Origin: Planctomycetota bacterium
GTDB taxonomy: Bacteria > Planctomycetota > B15-G4 > SIAN01
DNA length: 64,000 nucleotides
Assembly (NCBI GenBank): GCA_031409275.1
Contig: JANNXA010000049.1
Span: forward strand, 32,001 to 96,000
Reading direction: 5' to 3'
Position numbers and translations under genes: made by a program. Positions 50,112 through 59,989 of this stretch are shown here, piece by piece. The number at the start of each line of letters is the position of its first letter. Within the stretch, counting starts at the first letter, position 1. The notes under the pieces are model-generated. The model did not search any database. It was not told the DNA's origin and worked only from the letters and a program-made list of their open reading frames with translations.

Positions 50112-51107
50112 TCACGGTGCCCCGACCACGAGTTTGCCGCTCACGATCGCCGCCGCCGCGGTCTCCATCGCGGCGCGCGCTGCAGCGGGGACGCGATCGG
50201 CGAGCGCGGGATTGAAGGCGATGCGCACGTCCCCTTCGGCCAGTCCGAAGCTGCGTGCCCCGCCGTGGAACCGGCCGGCGCGCGCTTCGGTCGCCAACTC
50301 GATCATCAGCTTGGGGATCTCGGCGACCGCGCTGGCCACGACCACATCGGGCGCCTTCGCGGTCTGGTCGCGGTTGCAGCCGAACGCGAGCGCGCCCTTG
50401 GTCCGGCACGCCTCGAAGATGCCGGCGCCGGCGGCATCGGCGTTCTGGAAGAAGACGTCGGCGCCCGCTGCCGCATGCGCCAGCGCCTTCTCCTTGGCCA
50501 GCACCGCGTCTTCCCAGCTGCCGAGGTACTCCTCGAGGATGCGCACGTCCGCGCGCACCGAACGCGCGCCGCTCGCGAACGCCGCTGCGACGCGCTTCAC
50601 CGGTTCGAACGCTTCGCCGTGCAGCGAGCTCAGCACGCCGCTGCGCGTGAGGTGACCCGCGAGGACGCCGAGCTGGTAGGAGGCCTCCTCGTTGCGCAGG
50701 ACGAGCGTGGCGAGGTTCGCGGCCGTCGCGGTGCCGCCGGTCGTCGCGAAGCTCACTTCGGGGAACGCGGCAGCCGCCTTGGCGGCCGGGGCGTTGAACT
50801 CGAAGCCGTGGCCGAAGACCAGCGTGAAGCCATTCTTCGCCGCGGCGGCCAGCGCCTGGTCGATCTCGGTGGCGTTGGTGGCGGTGACCTTGCGCACCGT
50901 GGCGCCGAGTTCGCGCTCGATCCGCTGCAGCCCCTCGAACGCCGACTGGTTCCACCCTTCGTCGTTCTCGGGGCCGGCCAGCAACAGCGCGACGCGAAAC
51001 GCCGCAGGTTCCGTTCTCAAGTCGCGATCGCCGCAGCTGACGAGCATCACCATCGGCAGCAGGCCACGGGCGACGCGGGCGATGCGGGCGAGCGAGGAGA
51101 GGTTCAT
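50112..51107 (-). CDS. BMP-family substrate-binding lipoprotein
   Basis: Lipobox 'LVSC', 'NDEGWNQSAFEGL', 'FGHGFEF', 'GADV...NAD'. Confidence 0.9.
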   Translation of the reverse strand: MNLSSLARIARVARGLLPMVMLVSCGDRDLRTEPAAFRVALLLAGPENDEGWNQSAFEGLQRIERELGATVRKVTATNATEIDQALAAAAKNGFTLVFGHGFEFNAPAAKAAAAFPEVSFATTGGTATAANLATLVLRNEEASYQLGVLAGHLTRSGVLSSLHGEAFEPVKRVAAAFASGARSVRADVRILEEYLGSWEDAVLAKEKALAHAAAGADVFFQNADAAGAGIFEACRTKGALAFGCNRDQTAKAPDVVVASAVAEIPKLMIELATEARAGRFHGGARSFGLAEGDVRIAFNPALADRVPAAARAAMETAAAAIVSGKLVVGAP

Positions 51108-51138
51108 GGCGCCAGCTTGCGGGCCGGCGCCGAAGCGA

Positions 51139-53199
51139 TCAAGGGCGGCCATCGGCCCCGACGAACGAGGGCACCTCGGCGACGACGCACAGCAATCCGC
51201 GATCGATCAAGCGGCACACGCGCTCGCGCGCATGCTCGAAGCGTCCGGAGAGCGCGCCGAGGATCGCGGCCGTCGTGCGCTGGCCATCGGCGAGGCTCAC
51301 GATCGCCGACTCCACCTCTTCGAGCGAGTAGCACAGGCCGGTCTTCTCGTTGTGGGCGACGTGCGCCGGCATCGCGAAGCCCGCCTCGTCGAGCGCGAAG
51401 GCGTTGAAGCGGAAGCGGCTCAGGCTGACGCCGTCGGTCAGCGCGAGGCGACGGCGGTCGATGTCGGCGACATCCTTGCTCATCGGCCCGGAACGGCCGG
51501 CCGAGGTGATCTGGTGCTGCAGGTCCTGGCGATGCGTCGCGTAGAGCAGGTAGCCGCCGTGATTCAGCAGCGGCAGGTCGCCGCGCGCGCGGAAGGCGAG
51601 GTCGAGTTCGCTGCGGTCGTAGTGCTGCGAGCCGTCCTTCATCTCGTAGTCGACCGAGCCGTCCTCGCGTTCGAGGATCTTGACGCCGAAGCGGTCGGGG
51701 TTGGTGAAGACGAGCGTGTCACGGCCGAGGAAGAAGGTGCCGGTGTAGACCGACATGCCGATGCGATCGGCGCGCTGCGTGACGAAGTCGTAGGTGTGGA
51801 CGTCATCGTCCGGCGTCGCGGTCGGGAAGCCGATGAACCACGACAGCCCCGCCTTGATGCCGTTGCGCTTCATCAGCTCGAGGATGACGTCGACGCGCTC
51901 GAGGTCGTTGCCCTTGTCGATCAGGTCGAGCACGCGCTGCTTGGCCGATTCGAAGCCGAATTGCAGGAAGCGGCAGCCGCCCTTGGCGAGTGTCTCCATC
52001 AGCTGCGGATTGGCGTAGGGCTTCTCGAACTTGGTCTCGGCGAACCAGTAGATCGGGTCGCCGTTCGCGGCGATCTGCTGGGCGACGTGTTTCAGCGTCT
52101 TCGGCGGCGCCAGCGAATCCCAGAACAGGAAGTGGTCGACGCCGCAATCGACGTGGATCTGCTTGATGTCGGCGTAGACGCGGTCGGGGGCGCGCATCCG
52201 GAAGTTGCGCCGGAAGCCGTCGCCGCAGAAGGTGCACTTGCCGTAGTAGCAGCCGCGCGAGGTCTGCAGGTTGGCGACCTTCGCCGGCGTCAGGTAGAGG
52301 TCGAAGGCGATGCCGCTGAAGTCAGGGGACGGAAACTCGTTCAGGTCGGGGACGTCGGGAGGCAGCGTCGAACGCTTCACTTCGCCGCCTTCGAACCACC
52401 AGAGGTTGGGCACCTGCTCGAAGCCGCTGCCCTGTTCCAGCGCCGCCGCCAGCGCCACGATCGCCCGCTCGCCTTCGCCCGCCACGCCGAAGTCGATGTA
52501 GGGCGCGAGGTCGGCGCTCGCGAACAGGCGGTAGGCGTAGTCGTTCACCGTCGGCCCGCCGATCACGATCTTGATGTGCGGCGCGCGCTGCTTGATCGCC
52601 TTGGCGAGTTTCAGCATCTCGAAGAACTGGAAGTTGAACGGCAGCGTGAAGCCGATCAGCTGCGGCTGCTCGGCCAGCAGCGAATCGACGATGCCGTTGG
52701 CGTAGGCGTCCGAGATCGGATCGCCGGACGGTTGCGCCAGCGCGTTCAGCGTCTGCTGCAGGAAGAAGCGGTTCTCGGGGTCGAAGATCGGGTTGGCGGC
52801 CGATGCCAGCCGGATCATCGTCTGCAGCGAATCGAAGGCGCGGTTGAACTGCTTGGGGTCATAGAAGCGGGCCGGGTCGCGCATGATGCGCGCCGCCTCG
52901 GGTGCGAAGAGGAACGATTCGCGCGGCGCCGCCATCAGCGGGGCGAGGAAGCGGTAGATGCCGCGCTCATTGGCGTCGAGCACCGGCTTCTGTTCCAACG
53001 CCGCGAGCTGGCCGCGCGCGTAGTCGTGGTAGCCCTGCAGCCGCTCGCGCTGGTTCAGCCACGCGAAGGTCTCGGCGTTGACGTCGCGGACCGAAACCGT
53101 GTGACCGGCGTGCTTGAGCACCGCCGCGAGTTGCGCGAGGCTCGAGTACGGGATCATCGGCGGCGTGCGGTCGGGCGGATAGGCGAGCAGAACCTTCAT
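51139..53199 (-). CDS. Cobalamin-binding radical SAM protein with C-terminal winged-helix (PqqD/RRE-like) domain
   Basis: N-terminal B12-binding features ('IVIGGP', 'GEGE'), 'SRGCYYGKCTFC', 'GFES', 'IGFPT', C-terminal 'SLADGQRTTAAI...LIDRGLL'. Confidence 0.9.
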   Translation of the reverse strand: MKVLLAYPPDRTPPMIPYSSLAQLAAVLKHAGHTVSVRDVNAETFAWLNQRERLQGYHDYARGQLAALEQKPVLDANERGIYRFLAPLMAAPRESFLFAPEAARIMRDPARFYDPKQFNRAFDSLQTMIRLASAANPIFDPENRFFLQQTLNALAQPSGDPISDAYANGIVDSLLAEQPQLIGFTLPFNFQFFEMLKLAKAIKQRAPHIKIVIGGPTVNDYAYRLFASADLAPYIDFGVAGEGERAIVALAAALEQGSGFEQVPNLWWFEGGEVKRSTLPPDVPDLNEFPSPDFSGIAFDLYLTPAKVANLQTSRGCYYGKCTFCGDGFRRNFRMRAPDRVYADIKQIHVDCGVDHFLFWDSLAPPKTLKHVAQQIAANGDPIYWFAETKFEKPYANPQLMETLAKGGCRFLQFGFESAKQRVLDLIDKGNDLERVDVILELMKRNGIKAGLSWFIGFPTATPDDDVHTYDFVTQRADRIGMSVYTGTFFLGRDTLVFTNPDRFGVKILEREDGSVDYEMKDGSQHYDRSELDLAFRARGDLPLLNHGGYLLYATHRQDLQHQITSAGRSGPMSKDVADIDRRRLALTDGVSLSRFRFNAFALDEAGFAMPAHVAHNEKTGLCYSLEEVESAIVSLADGQRTTAAILGALSGRFEHARERVCRLIDRGLLCVVAEVPSFVGADGRP

Positions 53200-53257
53200 G
53201 GGGGTCGATCACCGGAAGTGGGGGTCTGCGGCCGCGAGTCCCAACAGCGCGCGGGAA

Positions 53258-55252
53258 CTATAGCCCTCCGTTCCCGGCTGGGGCGGCGGGCGTTGCGGCC
53301 GCTTTTTCCCGGCCCGCTTCGATATCGGCCCGCAGCTGCTCGAACTTCTGGCGGTCCGCATGCCCCTCGGGGAGCTCCACGAGGAACCGCGCGCACGCCT
53401 TGGCCGCTTCGTCATAGAGCGCGAGCCGTTGCAGGCGCGCGGCGACCGGGAGCGAATCGGCTTCGATCCGGGCCAGCGAGGCCAGATTGGCCATCGCTTC
53501 CGGCGAGTTCGAGTCGCCTTCGAGGGCGCAGCGGAAGCTCTCGAGCGCGCGCAGTCGGAGGACCCGCGCCTGCTCCGGGTCGCGCATGGCGCCCATCCGC
53601 CGCATCAGCAGCAGGCCGAGGTTGTAGTGCGCCTTGCTGCGTTGGAAGTCGAGTTCGATCGCCGTGCGCAGGTGCTTCTCCGCTTCGTCCCAGTCGGCGG
53701 GTTTGCGGCCGGCGATGAGCACGGCGCCGAGCATCTCGTGGGCGAACATCGACTTCGGCATCTGCTCGCACACGACGCGCAGCGGCTTCGCGGCGCGCTC
53801 CATGTCGCCTTCGGCGAACGCGGTGATGACCGTTTCGAGCATGAAGACGATCTCGGGATGGTCCTCGGGATCCTCGAGCGCGGCGAAGTCCGGCCGCGTG
53901 CCGAAATCGCGGACGGAGGCGTTGACGTAGCCAAGCGCCATCAACTCCGCGCGGCGAGCATCGTCGAGCGTCACGCCGTGGGCGTCGAGCGGCTGCGCCG
54001 GTTCGGCGGCCTGCCGGTCGAGCCGCGCCGCGAGGCCGCGCGCGCGTGCATCCTCGGCCGTGAAGAGGTTGGTCTGCTCGCCGCCGCCGCCGGGGCGTCG
54101 GTCGTAGAGCCGTTCGCGCCGCGAGCGGACGTACTTGAAGCCGTCCTGCACGCACGCCTCCATCGGCGCGAAGCCGAAGCTCGACCACCCGTACCACGAC
54201 TCCATCGACACCGCGCGGCCGGAGATCTCCTCGGCGCCGTCGCGCACCAAGGGCGCGAGGCTCTCGCCGTCGAAGCGCAAGTCGGGGCGCGCGATGCCGA
54301 GCAGGTCGAGCAGCGTCGGCATCACGTCGATCAGCGAGACCGAAGTGTCGATGTGGCGTGGCTTCCCGCCAGGAAAACGGATCAGCAGCGGGATGCGCAT
54401 GGTGACGTCGTAGACGAACCAGCCGTGAGTCGGCTCGATGCCGTCGAGCAGGCTTTCGCCGTGGTCAGCGGCGACGACGACGATCGTCTCGTCCCAACCG
54501 GGGAGCAAGCGCAGGGCGTCGAGGAAGCGCCCGATCTGGCGGTCAAGCCAGGCGATCTGCTCGTAGTAGAGGCGGCGCCGATCGACCTGCGCCTCCGCTT
54601 CGGTGGTGGCCGGCCGCGGCTGGCTGCCCGGAGCGTCGTACGGGTAGTGCGCGTCGAACAAGTGCAGCCAATAGAAGTACGGCGAGCGGGTGGGCAGGTC
54701 GCGCAGCGCTTGATCGACCATGGCGTCGCCACGCATCTCGCCGATGAAGACGCGCTGGCGGGCCGGGTCGCGCGGCGGATCGCGATAGACCTCGAAACCC
54801 TGGGCGAGGCCATAGCTCGCGTCGAGGACGATCGCTGCGACTCCGGCCGCGGTGCGATAGCCCGCCTCTTTCAGGACCTCGGCGAGAGTCGCGGCCGCCG
54901 CGGGCAACGCCGCCACCGAGTTGTCCCGCAGGTGGTGGCTCGCGGGGTGGAGCCCCGTGAGGAGGGAGGCGTGCGCGGGCAGCGTCAGCGGTGTCACTGT
55001 GTAAGCGTCGGTGAAGACGGCACTCTCCGCCGCGAGCGCATCGAGGTTCGGGGTGATCGAGGGGCTGCGCCCGAGGAATCCTATGGCATCGCGCCGCGTC
55101 GTATCGAGCGTGATGATCACCACGTTCCTGGACGGGGCGGCGGAAGATGGGGCCGCGGTGGCGGGATTTTGCGGCGGAGCAGGCGTCGACGGTGCGCACG
55201 CGCTGGCGAGCAGCGCCGTCGTGATCATGATCGAAGCGGAGGGTCGACGCAT
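53258..55252 (-). CDS. Sulfatase-like (AlkP superfamily) lipoprotein fused to TPRs
   Basis: 'NVVIITLDTTRRD', 'TPNLDALA', 'TLPAHASLLTG', 'HLFDAHYPY', 'ADHGE', internal 'ELMALGYV', C-terminal TPRs. The start could be 55228. Confidence 0.9.
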   Translation of the reverse strand: MRRPSASIMITTALLASACAPSTPAPPQNPATAAPSSAAPSRNVVIITLDTTRRDAIGFLGRSPSITPNLDALAAESAVFTDAYTVTPLTLPAHASLLTGLHPASHHLRDNSVAALPAAAATLAEVLKEAGYRTAAGVAAIVLDASYGLAQGFEVYRDPPRDPARQRVFIGEMRGDAMVDQALRDLPTRSPYFYWLHLFDAHYPYDAPGSQPRPATTEAEAQVDRRRLYYEQIAWLDRQIGRFLDALRLLPGWDETIVVVAADHGESLLDGIEPTHGWFVYDVTMRIPLLIRFPGGKPRHIDTSVSLIDVMPTLLDLLGIARPDLRFDGESLAPLVRDGAEEISGRAVSMESWYGWSSFGFAPMEACVQDGFKYVRSRRERLYDRRPGGGGEQTNLFTAEDARARGLAARLDRQAAEPAQPLDAHGVTLDDARRAELMALGYVNASVRDFGTRPDFAALEDPEDHPEIVFMLETVITAFAEGDMERAAKPLRVVCEQMPKSMFAHEMLGAVLIAGRKPADWDEAEKHLRTAIELDFQRSKAHYNLGLLLMRRMGAMRDPEQARVLRLRALESFRCALEGDSNSPEAMANLASLARIEADSLPVAARLQRLALYDEAAKACARFLVELPEGHADRQKFEQLRADIEAGREKAAATPAAPAGNGGL

Positions 55253-55982
55253 GAATGGGCTTCGCACCTGGCTTGCGGGGAGAGGAATCGTTGGCGCGGC
55301 GCTCTTTGCCGCGACGGCGTCTTCACAGGAGTCCGGGTCGCCGGAGGAACCGGAAGATAGCCCGATCCGCCTTGCGGTGGCGCAGCCACGCGTCGCGCTC
55401 GCGGCGGCCGCCGTGCCCGCCTGCGACCTCGGCGGCGAACTAGGCGAGCTCTGGCAGGGCACGCCCGTCGAGGTGCTCGAGGATGGCGCGCGCAGCGACG
55501 GACTGGTGCACGTGCGGATCGAGGGCTGGCTGCCGCGCGCGACGCTGTCCGATTCGTTGCCGGTGCGACCGGTCGGACGCGAGCGCCACGGCGAGTCGCG
55601 CGGTGCGCCGGTGGCCAACCTGGCGCGAGCGCACCATGTGGCGGTGCGGCCCGAGCTGATCGTGATGGAGCGGCGGCGCGTGGTGCGGCTCGAGGTCGAA
55701 CTCGAGACGTTCGACGGAAGGCCCATCGTCGTCAGCGGCAGTCGGCTGCCGGGTCGGCTCGGGATCTCGCCGCAGCGCAAGATCGCCGGCGGCCACGCGC
55801 GCGGTGCCGAGCTGGTCGCGCGCGAGTTCGAATTCGTCGACGGGCGCGCGACGATCGAGCTGCCGCTCGCCGAACTCGGCGATCCCGCGCCGGCGCTCGC
55901 GATCTTCTCGGTGCGAGCGGAGCTCGGGGCCGGCGTCGAGCTGGTGGGGGCCGCCGCCGCGGTGGCGTTGCCGGCGCGCTAG
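55251..55982 (+). CDS. Hypothetical secreted protein (SH3-like N-terminal part)
   Basis: Signal-like N-terminus, 'GELWQGTPVEVLE...VHVRIEGWLP'. Confidence 0.55.
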   Translation: MNGLRTWLAGRGIVGAALFAATASSQESGSPEEPEDSPIRLAVAQPRVALAAAAVPACDLGGELGELWQGTPVEVLEDGARSDGLVHVRIEGWLPRATLSDSLPVRPVGRERHGESRGAPVANLARAHHVAVRPELIVMERRRVVRLEVELETFDGRPIVVSGSRLPGRLGISPQRKIAGGHARGAELVAREFEFVDGRATIELPLAELGDPAPALAIFSVRAELGAGVELVGAAAAVALPAR

Positions 55983-56177
55983 CGCGACCTGAGAGCCTTG
56001 CGGCGGGAAACCGCGCGATGGGAAGAGGATTCCTGCTCCGAATCGGATGCATCGGGTAGCCGCCGCCGCCATGCGGAGTACATTCCGCTGCCTTCGACTT
56101 CAGTCCCACTGCGCTCCCGTCGCGGTTCTGCCCCCCGCTCCTGTCCGCGCAACCCCACCCCCCTTCGGAGATCGTGC

Positions 56178-56354
56178 GTGAAGCCCTACCTCGAGACTGG
56201 CCGGCCCCTCGACGCAGTGCGCAACGTCACGGTGCTCTTCTGCGGACGCTGCGAGCGCGAGTTCCTCGCCAAGCTCAAGGAAGGGCAGGACAACCCGACC
56301 TACGAATGCCCCAAGTGCAAGAGCGCCAATCGCTTCCAGATCATCTGGCGCTGA
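56178..56354 (+). CDS. Small zinc-ribbon protein
   Basis: GGAG RBS and GTG start, with 'CGRC...CPKC'. 58 aa. Confidence 0.7.
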   Translation: MKPYLETGRPLDAVRNVTVLFCGRCEREFLAKLKEGQDNPTYECPKCKSANRFQIIWR

Positions 56355-56412
56355 CCGACCCGACCTCCGACCGACCTCCGACCGACCGACCTGACTCCGA
56401 CCGACCTGTTCC
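56352..56412. repeat. Degenerate (CCGA)n / CCGACCGACCT short tandem repeat
   Basis: 'gaccgacccgacctccgaccgacctccgaccgaccgacctgactccgaccgacctg' directly after the zinc-ribbon stop. Confidence 0.75.
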
Positions 56413-56538
56413 GTCCGGTCCTCCCCGCAACGCCGCAGGCCCGATCCGAGCTGGCAAATGCCGCTTGGGTCGGGCCTGCGCGTTGGAGCTGGACCTCGGA
56501 TCGCGGCGTCGTTTCGCCGGCGACCGATCGGTGCCAGG

Positions 56539-56736
56539 TCAGTGGTTGTGGTGGTGCGCCTTCGCCTGGCGCGCGTCGTACCAGAGCACGTAGCCGACGA
56601 ACGCGAACATCGGAACCAGGCAGCACAAGGTGAGCGCCCAGAAGCCGTAGTCCTGAACGAAGCCCTCGAGGAAGGCGATGTTCTTGTTCGAGTCCAGCAA
56701 GAGCAGAGTCGACTGCAGCATTCGAGGCTCCTTCAT
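56539..56736 (-). CDS. Small membrane protein with His-rich C-terminus
   Basis: One TM 'FWALTLCCLVPMFAFVGYVLW', ending 'KAHHHNH'. GGAGAGG upstream. Confidence 0.55.
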   Translation of the reverse strand: MKEPRMLQSTLLLLDSNKNIAFLEGFVQDYGFWALTLCCLVPMFAFVGYVLWYDARQAKAHHHNH

Positions 56737-56837
56737 GCGCCTCTCCGCGGCGCGAGGGAAACCTTGTAGCGGCTCGCTCCGAACCGCTCAAGCGCTCCAC
56801 CGTGGGTCGCGATCGCGGTGCGCTCTCAGACGAGTCG

Positions 56838-58544
56838 TCAGTCGATCCACACGCGAGCCGCCGCCGACACTCCTTGGATGTGGGCGAGGTCGTTGGGATC
56901 GAACGTCACGAAGCCGAAGTCGAGCGCGCTGCCTTCGAACGCGTGGGGCGGCAGGTCGACCGACGCGGTGGCGAAGCCGGCGCCGTCGAGCGTGCCCTGG
57001 AACCCCAGGAAGAAGGGGTTGCTCGGCGCGATCAGCACGTAGTCGAACAGCCAATCCTCGTTGAGAGGAAACACGCGCACGTCGAGCGGGTCGTAGTCGG
57101 CGAGCGCGAATCCCGGCGTCCGCCCGCTGAAGCTCGGGAAGAGGAAATAGAGGTCGTTGGCATCCGCCGAAGAGTCGAGCGCCAGCGTGAAGGTGCCGCC
57201 GTCCTGCACGCGCGGCACCGAAGCGAGCAGCGAGACGGAAAGATCGAGCGCGTGGTCGCCGTGCAGGCGGCCCCAGCCGAACTCTTCGTCGAAGCCGGCC
57301 GTCCCGAAGTCTTCGGCGCTGTAGCAGAGCGTGAGTTCGACGCCCTCGCGATCGAGGTTCGGGTTCAGCTTGCGCATCAACGCCGCGACGCCGGCGACGT
57401 GCGGCGCGGCGAAGGAGGTGCCGGTGACCGTGGTCGTGCCGCCCCCGTTGCGCAGGGTGAGGACGCTGACGCCCGGCGCCGCGAGGTCGCACCAGGTTCC
57501 GAACGTCGAGCCGCTCCAACGAGCGTCGCTGCTGTCGGTGGCGATGGCCGCCAGCACCCCGACGTACGCGGCCGGGTACTGGCGCGTGCGATCGCCCTGA
57601 TTGCCTGCCGCAGCGACTTGCACGACGTCGGCCGCGCGCGCGTAGTCGACGGCGGCTCGCAAGGTGGCGTCATCGGTCGGCGTCTCGAAGCTCATGTTGG
57701 CGACGCGCGCGCCCTCGTCGACCGCGTAGATGATCCCTTCGGCGATCTGGTCGAACGTGCCGAAGCCGGTGGCGTCGAGCACCTTGCAGGTCATCACTTC
57801 GGCCTTCCAGCAGACGCCGCACGTTCCGATCGCGTTGTCGCCGACGGCCGCGAGCACGCCGGCCACTTCGGTGCCGTGGCCAAAATCGTCCGCGGGGTCG
57901 CCATCGTCGTTGACGAAGTCGTTGCCGAAGCGGTCGTCGACGTAGCCATTGCCGTCGTCGTCGATGCCGTTGCCAGCGATCTCGCCGAAGTTGATCCAGC
58001 GATTGCTGCGGAAGTCGGAGTGGCCCAGGTCGGCGCCGCTGTCGAGCACCGCCAGGGTCACTCCGCTGGCGTCCGTGACACGGTTCCATGCCTTCTGCAT
58101 GTCGAGCTTGGCCGATTGCAGCGGCCACTGGCTGTTCCAGAGCGGGTCGTTGGGCGTCTTCGCGGCCTGCGCGCCGCCGGCGAGATCGACGCGCTCGACT
58201 TCGGGACAGCGGGCGAGCTCGGCACGGATGCGCTCGCGATCGGTCGGCGGGACTTCGAGGCGGACGATGCGATCGAGGCCGAGGGCTGCGAACGCGTCAG
58301 CCTGGAGGCGCGGGGTCTTGCGAGCGGGCACCAGCGGTCGCAACGTCTCGACGCCGAGCGCAAGGCAGGCGCGATCGAAGGAGGCGAGCGCCGTGGCGCC
58401 GAGCTCTGCCCGGGCCGGCGGAGCGCGCAGCCGCACCACCAGTCGCCCGTCGGTGGCTCCGTCTGCCGCGACCGCCGGGCCCGCCATCGCGCACCAGGAA
58501 ACGGCAAGGAGGAGCAGCAGCGCGAGATGGCGGTGTCGCGACAT
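56838..58544 (-). CDS. Secreted S8 (subtilisin-like) serine peptidase with C-terminal domain
   Basis: Catalytic triad motifs 'AVLDSG', 'GHGTEVAG', 'GTSFAAPHVAG', plus 'AAGN'. Confidence 0.95.
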   Translation of the reverse strand: MSRHRHLALLLLLAVSWCAMAGPAVAADGATDGRLVVRLRAPPARAELGATALASFDRACLALGVETLRPLVPARKTPRLQADAFAALGLDRIVRLEVPPTDRERIRAELARCPEVERVDLAGGAQAAKTPNDPLWNSQWPLQSAKLDMQKAWNRVTDASGVTLAVLDSGADLGHSDFRSNRWINFGEIAGNGIDDDGNGYVDDRFGNDFVNDDGDPADDFGHGTEVAGVLAAVGDNAIGTCGVCWKAEVMTCKVLDATGFGTFDQIAEGIIYAVDEGARVANMSFETPTDDATLRAAVDYARAADVVQVAAAGNQGDRTRQYPAAYVGVLAAIATDSSDARWSGSTFGTWCDLAAPGVSVLTLRNGGGTTTVTGTSFAAPHVAGVAALMRKLNPNLDREGVELTLCYSAEDFGTAGFDEEFGWGRLHGDHALDLSVSLLASVPRVQDGGTFTLALDSSADANDLYFLFPSFSGRTPGFALADYDPLDVRVFPLNEDWLFDYVLIAPSNPFFLGFQGTLDGAGFATASVDLPPHAFEGSALDFGFVTFDPNDLAHIQGVSAAARVWID

Positions 58545-58603
58545 CGGAGAAACTCCGGAACCCGAGGTGAAGCAAAAGGTTTAGCACGCTTTATCGTCCG
58601 CGC

Positions 58604-59989
58604 ATGGCCTCGCTCTCCTTCCATGGCGCCGCTGGCACGGTCACCGGCTCCCGCTTCCTCCTTGAGGCGCACGATCGGCGGCTGCTGATCGATGCCGGGC
58701 TCTTCCAGGGCCTGAAGCCGCTGCGGCTTCGCAACTGGGAGCCGCCCTCGTTCGATCCGGCGGCGCTCGCGGCGGTGGTGCTGACCCATGCCCACATCGA
58801 TCACTCGGGCTGGTTGCCGCGCCTCGAGCGCCTCGGCTTCCGCGGGCCGGTCTGGTGCACGCCAGCGACGGCCGACCTCGCGCGGTTGCTGCTGCGCGAT
58901 TCGGCGGCGCTCCAGGAAGAAGATGCGGAGTACGCCAACCGGAAGGGCTATTCGAAGCACCATCCGGCGTTGCCGCTCTACACCGTCGCCGACGCCGAGG
59001 CGGTCTCGCGGCGACTGCGGACGTTCGACTACGGCGTCTGGTTCGAGCCGCTGCGCGGGGTGAGCTGCCGGTTCCACCAGGCGGGCCACATCATCGGCTC
59101 GGCGCAGGTCGAGTGCGTGGTCGACGAAGGTCACGGCAAGCGCAGGCTCCTCTTCTCCGGTGACGTCGGCCGTTACAACGCGCCGCTCGTCCCCGATCCG
59201 GAGGTGCCGCCCGCCTGCGATCTGCTGATCGTCGAATCGACCTATGGCGACCGTTTGCACCCGACCGAGGGGCCCGGACCCTCCTTCGCGCAGATCCTCC
59301 ACCGCGCGGTCGAGCGGCGCGGAGTCGTCCTCATCCCGGCGTTCGCCGTCGGCCGTGCGCAGCAGTTGATGGTCATCCTGCGCGAGTTGATGCGCAGCGG
59401 TCAGGCCCCCGAACTCGCGATCCACCTCGACAGCCCGATGGCGGTCGAGGCGACGCGCATCTACCAGACCTTCGCCGAGGAGTCGGGCCTCGAAGCGGTC
59501 GAGTTCTCGAAGGCGAGCGGCCCGCTGTTCGGCAGCGGCGTCTACCTGCATTCGACGCGCGACGAGTCGATGCGGCTCAACTCGCTGGCGGGTCCTCGGA
59601 TCATCATCTCGAGCAGCGGCATGCTGGCGGGCGGGCGCGTGCTGCACCATCTGCGTCGACTGCTGCCCGATCCCGCCAACGCCATCGTGATCTCCGGCTA
59701 CCAGGCCGATGGCACGCGCGGGCGGCTGCTCAAGAACGGCGCGCGGACGCTGCGCATGCATGGCCAGGACATTCCGGTGCTGGCCCGCGTCGAGGAGGTG
59801 CCGGGGTTGTCGGGCCACGCCGACTCCGACGAGCTGATCCGGTGGCTGCGCGGAATGCCGGCGCCGCCGCAGCAGAGTTTTGTCGTGCATGGCGAATCGG
59901 CCTCCGCGAGCGCGTTCGTGAAGCGGCTCGAAACGGAGCTCCATTTCCCGGCCCACGCGGCCGTTCATCTCGAGCGAGTGGAGTGGTGA
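58604..59989 (+). CDS. MBL-fold beta-CASP ribonuclease
   Basis: 'LTHAHIDHSG', 'AGHIIGS', 'FSGDVG', 'ESTYGDR', 'SGHAD', 'VHGE'. Confidence 0.95.
   Translation: MASLSFHGAAGTVTGSRFLLEAHDRRLLIDAGLFQGLKPLRLRNWEPPSFDPAALAAVVLTHAHIDHSGWLPRLERLGFRGPVWCTPATADLARLLLRDSAALQEEDAEYANRKGYSKHHPALPLYTVADAEAVSRRLRTFDYGVWFEPLRGVSCRFHQAGHIIGSAQVECVVDEGHGKRRLLFSGDVGRYNAPLVPDPEVPPACDLLIVESTYGDRLHPTEGPGPSFAQILHRAVERRGVVLIPAFAVGRAQQLMVILRELMRSGQAPELAIHLDSPMAVEATRIYQTFAEESGLEAVEFSKASGPLFGSGVYLHSTRDESMRLNSLAGPRIIISSSGMLAGGRVLHHLRRLLPDPANAIVISGYQADGTRGRLLKNGARTLRMHGQDIPVLARVEEVPGLSGHADSDELIRWLRGMPAPPQQSFVVHGESASASAFVKRLETELHFPAHAAVHLERVEW

Noticed and set aside
50692..53718. 1008-aa plus-strand ORF and similar long antisense or alternate-frame ORFs (12788-15214, 20810-23278, 29051-31489, 42570-44894, 45397-47850)
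   Set aside because: These are shadow ORFs expected at high GC. They overlap genes with clear family motifs and have no motifs of their own.
56178..56736. RiPP precursor for the B12 radical SAM
   Set aside because: These small ORFs look like a zinc ribbon and a membrane peptide, lack a leader/core pattern, and are not adjacent to the rSAM gene.
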